From: Felis catus
Taxonomy: Eukaryota
Reading direction: 5' to 3'
DNA length: 64,000 nt
Assembly: GCF_018350175.1 (NCBI RefSeq)
Contig: NC_058368.1
Location: 62,808,001 to 62,872,000 of the forward strand
This document shows, piece after piece, positions 62,421 through 64,000 of this stretch; position 1 is the stretch's first letter, and each line of letters begins with the position of its first letter. The translations under genes and the position numbers were made by a program. The notes under the pieces were generated by a model. It saw nothing but the letters and a program-made list of their open reading frames with translations, was not told the origin of the DNA and ran no database searches.

Positions 62421-63782
62421 CACAGAAAATGAACCCAACAGAGCTCTTTTAGTAATTTATCAGATTTAAACAAGTCTCTGAGTTAGGCAGTCTCTGCTCT
62501 ATATTCAGGCACAAAAACAGCTAAGCTTTCTGTAATCAATCTGATAAAAACAAATTGAACAAGCAACATTATGGTTGAAGAGGCCAAAGCCACTTGAGCA
62601 ATGGCCTTTGATTGATCAGTGCTATAAAAGCATCCTCAGAATCGAAAATTTGGTGTTGATAAATGCACAAATAAAAGAAAAGTCATCATAACAAGCCAAG
62701 TCATCACCATTTATCTTATGGAATTAAATAATAAATGTGTTCTAGGAGATAAAATATAGCTGGAGATGAATCCGAAAATCTGTTTTCACTCTTAGATTAG
62801 GCCATGGTTGTTATTCTCTTGAGGCCAGGACCTCAAGAGAAATCCTGTTACATAGTTGCACTCTTATTTGAAACTTGATAATGTTCTTCCTGTTTTTTCC
62901 CTCCTTGGAATTTTTTTCTTCTATTCTCTATTTTTCAACATTTCATTTACTGTGTAGGGACTAACACAATGGTAATTTATCTTATTAATAATTTCCTGGT
63001 AAAAATTCCTTTTCATGCCGTGTTGTGGCACATATGAAAAGATGGTGTACTATTAAGTAAATATACCTCTTTTCCCTACAACAGGATTCACAAGCCAGCA
63101 ATACACTTCATCGTGATAAGTGTCTAGTAAACAGAAGTAGTTAAGTAAGAGCTGAGTTAATGTAAATTGAATTAACTGTAACATAATTGAATTTTATCCA
63201 CTCACATTTTATCACCCAAATTTCAGCTATCATAACATATTCCTTCTTTGAAAAAACTATGATTGGCAGATAGAGGAGAGAAGAAATTGTTGGAAAACAG
63301 TGTTTCAACGTTCCTTAAAATCTCAAGAATTGACATAATCCAGTGCTTTCTTCTTTCGGACATGGCTCATGCCCTGTTCTGAATATGGGTACTGGAGAGG
63401 TGGGCCATACTTTCACATTTACTGAAAGCTGAAATAAGTTGGTACTAGACAGTATCCCAGCCATGCAAGACTCATTAAATGATTAAACTGTTTTCACTGT
63501 GCATGACTTACATGTCTTTTAAGAATTTTTCTTTCTACCATTCCCATTAATACATTGCAACTTGTTTTTTCCCACTACCAATCTATGAAAACTGCTAGAA
63601 TATCAATAATCGTAACATCAAGATTTGGTACTCACTACATGCTTGCATTTGTTCTCTAGACCACTGACATGTGATGATTAATTTAACACTCCCAACAACT
63701 GAATAGGTAATTGTCTTTTGAATATTATAAAACTTATTTATTTCCTATATTTATGCATTCTAAAAAAGCTACATAAGGTGAA

Positions 63783-63977
63783 TTTTATTATTATTATTTT
63801 TAGAGAGAGAGCTAGAGTCGGGGAGAGGGGCAGAGAGAGAGAGACAGAGAGAATCTTTAGTAGACTCCATGCTGAGCATGAGGACTGATGCAGGGCTCAA
63901 TCCCACAACCTTGGGATCATGACCTTAGCCAAAATCAAGAGTGGGACGCTTAACTGTCTGAGCCACCCAGGCATTCC
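63783..63977 (-). mobile_element. Can-SINE
   Basis: Antisense body; degenerate TSD taaggtgaatttta / taagacgaatctta. Confidence 0.93.
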
Positions 63978-64000
63978 TGTAAGACGAATCTTAAACAATG

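Overview
AT-rich, gene-poor mammalian DNA from a cat-family (Felidae) genome, identified by about 35 tRNA-derived Can-SINEs including CpG-rich young felid-type copies. I find no recognisable protein-coding gene, rRNA, intact tRNA or CRISPR array. Most ORFs in the track come from SINEs, L1 or microsatellites. The window looks intergenic or deep-intronic and is layered with L1/L2/L3 fragments, MIR, MaLR/ERV LTRs and DNA transposons. Most interesting: (1) a heavily decayed but collinear non-LTR reverse-transcriptase relic at ~12.3-12.8 kb whose motifs do not match the common mammalian L1, L2 or L3 forms; (2) two local templated insertions (an inverted ~103-bp copy 1 kb away and a direct ~140-bp copy placed inside a Tigger1 derivative 2.2 kb away), plus several fold-back scars; (3) a solo ERV LTR inserted in a SINE Pol III promoter; (4) SINE anomalies (3' transduction tag, TSD-less insertion with apparent deletion, reused target sites); (5) a permuted L1 ORF2; (6) an unexplained 142-codon ORF and isolated candidate exons. 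Repeat family names come from recalled consensus sequences, not a database search. Boundaries of old repeats are approximate.
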